Below, piece after piece: positions 31,990 through 36,512 of a stretch of DNA of 36,512 bases (position 1 is its first letter; every line of letters starts with the position of its first letter). The notes beneath the pieces are model-generated. The model did not search any database and had not been told where the DNA came from. It saw only the letters and a program-made list of their open reading frames with translations. Both the position numbers and the translations under genes were made by a program. The stretch is from Squalus acanthias (lineage: Eukaryota). The DNA is taken from NCBI GenBank assembly GCA_030390025.1, contig JASTWF010000335.1, positions 496,001-532,512 on the forward strand, written 5' to 3'.

Positions 31990-32394
31990 ATAGAAACATA
32001 GAAGATAGGAGCAGGAGTAGACCATTCAGCCCCTCGAGCCTGCTCCGCCATTCGATGAGATCATGGCTGATCATCCAAACTCAGTACCCTGTCCCTGCCT
32101 TCTCCCCATATCCCTTGATACCTTTAGCTTTAAGAAATATATCTAACTCATTCTTCAATATATTTAATGACTTGGCCTCAACTGCCTTCTGTGGTAGAGA
32201 ATTCCACAGGTTCACCACTCTCTGGGTGAAGAAATTCCTCCTCATCTCAGTCCTAAATGGCTTACCCCTTATCCTTAGACTGTGACCCCTGGTTCTGGAC
32301 TCTCCGACCATCGGGAACATTCTTCCTGCATCTAGTCTGTCTAGTCCTGTTAGAATTTTATAAGTTTCAATGAGATCTCCTCTCATTCTTCTAA
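31990..32394 (-). mobile_element. CR1 3' fragment, young subfamily
   Basis: Minus-strand RRMRGDLIETYKILTG...GEKAGTGY* and tail. Confidence 0.92.
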
Positions 32395-33020
32395 TGTACC
32401 GACAAGCTTTGAGGGCAAGAGACTGCATGGCTAAAAACATTTGTGAAATAAGTGATGTGTTGGTACTGTTCCTTCAAAAGATAAGATCTTGAAAATTCTG
32501 TGAGAACCGCAAGTCAACAACCCAGCAAATGTGAAAAACAACGACTCTCTCCAATCCTTGAAGGTCTGGCCTTGGATAACTAAGCATCCAAACAGATAGG
32601 AAGAGAGAGAGAGAGAGAGAAAAACAACGTTACCCACACAGTTTGGGACATGAATACTGTGGGACAGTTGCCAAGTTTTGGGGTATAAGTGTTATTGGAC
32701 ACTGACATTCGGGGCTGCAGTCGATGGTAACTGGGTCAGTTGCCAGTAAAAGTTAGTCATACGTCTAGTCATTGTTGAATTGACCTTTCATCTGTTGAAT
32801 AGTATGTATGTGGTTTTTGCTTATAATCACCTGAGCTTAAAGTCAATGATTTTGGATGCTTGCTTATGATAAGTACGTGAATTGAGTACAGTTTGTATTC
32901 TGGTCATTATTTGTAACATCTTGCTGTATTTTAAGTAAAAGAAGTTTCACAGATTCATTGGGTTTTTGTGTTGTCTGTTCCACAGGTCTATAAACTGTCA
33001 GGCATTCAGAACGACCTACA
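32395..33020 (+). mobile_element. Putative 5' LTR
   Basis: TGTA...TACA termini; AGTAAA near 32934; lies 6 nt upstream of a PBS. The left boundary coincides with a CR1 junction and is uncertain. Confidence 0.6.
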
Positions 33021-33026
33021 GTTAAT

Positions 33027-33044
33027 TGGCGCCCGAACAGGGAC
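33027..33044 (+). promoter_or_regulatory. Primer-binding site complementary to tRNA-Lys(UUU) (Lys3)
   Basis: TGGCGCCCGAACAGGGAC, the known 18-nt Lys3 PBS. Confidence 0.9.
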
Positions 33045-33060
33045 TCGCTCGGAACAAACA

Positions 33061-34450
33061 ATGGCCAAGACGATGGATGAGTTAGTCACGAAATAAGTGA
33101 CGGGGAAGTTACCCCTCAAGGAGGGGAGGGTATGGGTCATTATAGACAGTGATGATCCGGTATTGGAGGCTGAACAGTGGACCCAAGGGTTCATGGGGGA
33201 AAAATTCAGTTGGTTGCGCCTCCTGTTAGCGCCTTAAGAGGGCGCTAATGGGGCGCAAAGCAACTAGCGCCCGGGCGCGGCGATGTATACGCCGCTCGCG
33301 AAATTAACTAGACATTTTGCGGCAGCGCTAAACAGTACCGCCACGATCTCCTGCGCCGGCAGACCGTGACGTCAGTCGAGTGTGCAATGCCCCGGTAGCG
33401 CCCCGGAGCGGATATTGAGTGGCGCCCCCTGCCTTACCGCCTGCCGCTAGCAATGACAGGTTGAGGGGAGCGTTTTGCAGTCAGGAAGGGACTGGGGGAG
33501 CGCTATTTAAAGACGACCGCTTCCTGCCTTTTATTGTTGGTGACATTTTTGAACCACGCAGTCTGAGAGAGAGAGAGAGAGACTTCTGGAGAGATTCAAC
33601 GCTGTGTGAAGGAGTTTTGGGTACTGAGCAGCACTTTGCAGGTTCATTTTGATTTGCCCTTCCTTGTATCGATTTAGAAGAGACTGTGGGGGCTGCACTC
33701 TGAGCTCTTTCCCTGGGGCTCTCCATTGTTCTTTCCAGCAGATTTGATGTACAGGTCTCTCCAGGCCGAGATTCAAGGCTGCAATGAGCAGGATGTGGAT
33801 GGAAAGCAAGATCAACCCTCCCCTTTAAGAAGTGGCTGGCACCATTGTGTGTGTGTTCCATTGCTGACTGACATCACATGAGCTTCGCCAGCGCTCTGAG
33901 GTAGCGCCTCGCTCCTCGGCCTTTGCGCCTTAAGACAGGTGTGAAGTGCCTGATTTAGCACTCCAATCACCTCCAGGGGCGATAAAAGTCAAGTTTGCAG
34001 TCGGAGGCGATAATTAGCGCCAGGCGCTAATCTTTGGGCCCGGCCGATAATTGCGCCCCAAATGGGGCGATACTGAATTTTTCCCCCTTGTGTCAGCTAA
34101 GGTTAAGGAAATCCGAGTGTTTATTGGCCTATCAGAGGCAGGTTAAATCTGATGAAAGGGCAAAGATCAAGTTAAGGAAGGACACAGAAGAAGAAAGGGA
34201 ACGTAGAATCAGGCTCGAGGAAAAGTTAGAACAGGAGGAGAGGTGGTGTAATAAAGAACAACAACTCGAGAGCCAGTGTATAAATAAGCAGGATCAGTGC
34301 GATGCCTTGTCAAAAAGAACCATCCACACAGAGACATCGGGCAGAGCAGGCAGAAAATATCAATGAGGACCTGAAGGTTGCATTTCCGGTCACCCAGAAC
34401 AAGGCTCTAGAGGAACGGAGTGCTCGTGGAGAACACACTGAATGTAATTA
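33061..34450 (+). pseudogene. Degraded gag-like ORF split by a Harbinger MITE
   Basis: ATG 16 nt after the PBS (MAKTMDELVTK*VTGKLP...). After the MITE a charged coiled-coil frame resumes (DTEEERERRIRLEEKLEQEE). No CCHC motif or pol seen. Confidence 0.45.
33195..34087. mobile_element. Harbinger MITE (family 1), copy 2
   Basis: Perfect TIRs gggggaaaaattcagt / actgaatttttccccc; collinear with 9045-9943; TSD not clean (cat vs ttg). Confidence 0.92.
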
Positions 34451-34859
34451 GCGGATTAAAGAGTGGGAGATAAAGAGGGGAAAAGATCTCAGTTGCAGGC
34501 TAAGCAATCTGAAAACTCAGCAAAGGAAGGGAAAAAAACAGGGATCTGGAGAGCCAGGGAAAGCTGCTGAGACGACAATTTAAAAGAAAGAAAAAAGGAA
34601 TCTTGAAGTTTTACCGACTGTGCCGAGACAAATAAAACACAAGATTTGCTGAGTGAAAGGAACCTCAAAGTATGCTGGAATTTTAGTTTATGTGAAAGTG
34701 TGTGTTAAAGTGTGGATGTGTTATATATGTTCATTTCAATTTAAGATTGTGCACCTAGAAGTGGGAGAAACTTTGTGATTTGCAGTTTAAGTTAAAGACA
34801 CTGCTGTGGATATATTTTGACTGGGCCGGCTTTTACAGCAAACTGTAATCCATGGAATC

Positions 34860-35447
34860 ATAGAAGATAGGAGCAGGAGTAGGGCCATTCGGCCCCTCGA
34901 GCCTGCTCCGCCATTCAATGCGATCATGGCTGATCATCCAAAGTCAGTACCCTGTCCCTGCTTTCTCCCCATATCCCTTGATCCCTTTAGCCTTAAGAAA
35001 TATATCCAACTCCTTCTTGAATATATTTAATGAATTGGCCTCTACTGCCTTCTGTGGCAGAGAATTCCACAGGTTCATCACTCTCTGGGTGAAGAAATTC
35101 CTCCTCATTTCTGTCCTAAATGGCTTACCCCTTATCCTTAGACTGTGACCCCTGGTTCTGGACTCCCTGACCATCGGGAACATCCTTCCTGCATCTAGTT
35201 TGTCCTGTCCTGTCAGAATTTCATATGTTTCAATGAGATCCCCTCTCATTCTTCTAAACTCCAGCGAGTATAAGCCCAATCGACCCAATCTCTCTTCATA
35301 CATCATTCCTGCCATCCCAGGTATCAGCCTTGTGAATCTTCGCTGAACTCCTTCCATGGCAAGAACATCCTTCCTCAGATAAGGCGACCAAAACTGCACA
35401 CAGTACTCAAGGTGTGGTCTCACCAAGGCCCTGTACAACTGCAGCAA
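34860..35447 (-). mobile_element. CR1 3' fragment, young subfamily
   Basis: Minus-strand ORF 34944-35447 and 3' tail. Confidence 0.92.
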
Positions 35448-35504
35448 GAAAACCAGAGGCTGTTTGTTTTACAAAAGATAAACTTCAACCTTGAAGTTAC
35501 GGTT

Positions 35505-35976
35505 AAAAGAAAGACTTGCATTTATATAGCGGCTTTCACGGCCACTGGACGTCTGAAAGCGCTTTACAGCCAATGAAGTACTTTTTGAAGTGTAGTCACT
35601 GTTGTATTGTGGGAAATGTGGCAGTCAATTTGCGCACAGCAAGCTCCCACAAACAGCAATGTGATAATGACCAGATAATCTGTTTTTGTTATGTTGGTTG
35701 AGGGATAAATATTGGCCCCAGGACACCGGGGATAACTCCCCTGCTCTTCTTCGAAATAGTGGCCATGGGATCTTTTACGTCCACCTGAGAGAGCAAACGG
35801 GGCCTCGGTTTAACGTCTCATCCGAAAGACGGCACCTCCGACAATGCAGCGCTCCCTCAGCACTGCACTGGAGTGTCAGCCTAGCTTGATGCACTCAAGT
35901 CCCTGGAGTGAGACTGTGAACCCACAGCCTTCTGACTCAGAGGCGAGGGTGCTGCCCACTGAGCCACGGCTGACAC
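35505..35976 (-). mobile_element. Full-length tRNA-headed Deu-domain SINE
   Basis: Head gtgtcagccgtggctcagtgggcagc...gggttcacagtc; core ggaggtgccgtctttcggatgagacgttaaaccgagg; tail gctatataaatgcaagtctttc. Confidence 0.82.
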
Positions 35977-36512
35977 AGGTTGCCATGGTTTCTAATCGTG
36001 TCTGGTAGAAAATGAATTTGGACTTTTTGAAAGTATTTCATTTTAATTGGATTACATAAAAAATAGCTATTGTTTGATTTGATTTTAAATCAATTTGAAT
36101 GTTTACAAAGCACTGTCTTCTTAATTTGGTTACTGCTAGGTCCGAGACGCCCACTTTCTAAGTTTTTGACAAGTAGCCGATGGTGAAATAAAGTAAGGAG
36201 AAAAGGAAAAGTTCTGTCCCTTTTCTACTTTTAGTGTCGTGATGTCTGAAAAAAACTTGTATGAATGTTTCTTTTTCAAGCAGTACTGGTTAGTTTGAGA
36301 TATTGGTTTGAATTGAATTGGAGTTATTGAGGTTAATGAACCTGTTTAAACCAGGCTTTAATTGTGGCCACGGTGAAATTCTGGTTGGTGTAAATTGAGT
36401 GAAAGGCTCTAGTTCTGGACATGAGGTAATCACATCAACAATTGGTATTTTTGAGGGAGGGGGAGAGAAGGGAGGGAGGGAGGGGAAGAGAGGAGAGGGA
36501 GGGAGGGAGGGA

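Noticed and set aside
33027..33044. Lentivirus/HIV relationship from PBS identity
   Set aside because: The PBS only mirrors a conserved host tRNA 3' end; no lentiviral coding similarity is visible.
35900..35976. tRNA gene (also near 5040-5106 and 14300-14390)
   Set aside because: A/B boxes are present but there is no full cloverleaf, and each continues into a SINE body.

Overview
Repeat-dense vertebrate genomic DNA. The repeat families (CR1, L2, RTE, Penelope, a Deu-domain SINE) suggest a cartilaginous fish; that assignment is inference. There is one host gene, a single-coding-exon beta-1,3-galactosyltransferase 5-like CDS (15383-16321), plus a 3' paralogous fragment (26182-26432). The rest is layered mobile DNA. 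(1) A 4075-bp PIF/Harbinger transposon (17860-21934, TAA TSD) with an intact DDE transposase and a convergent 3-exon Myb/SANT gene carrying one +1 frameshift. (2) Two ~0.9-kb MITEs related to it. (3) An older, different Harbinger into which it is nested, reconstructable after removing Penelope, Harbinger and CR1 insertions. (4) A second MITE family. (5) Penelope-like pieces with minimal hammerhead-ribozyme motifs, including a 212-bp, TSD-flanked insertion that is mostly a perfect 84-bp hairpin. (6) A degraded LTR element with an exact 18-nt tRNA-Lys3 primer-binding site. (7) A 5'-complete CR1 with an esterase ORF1. (8) Three minisatellites that arose from LINE sequence. All family assignments come from motif recognition; no database search was run.
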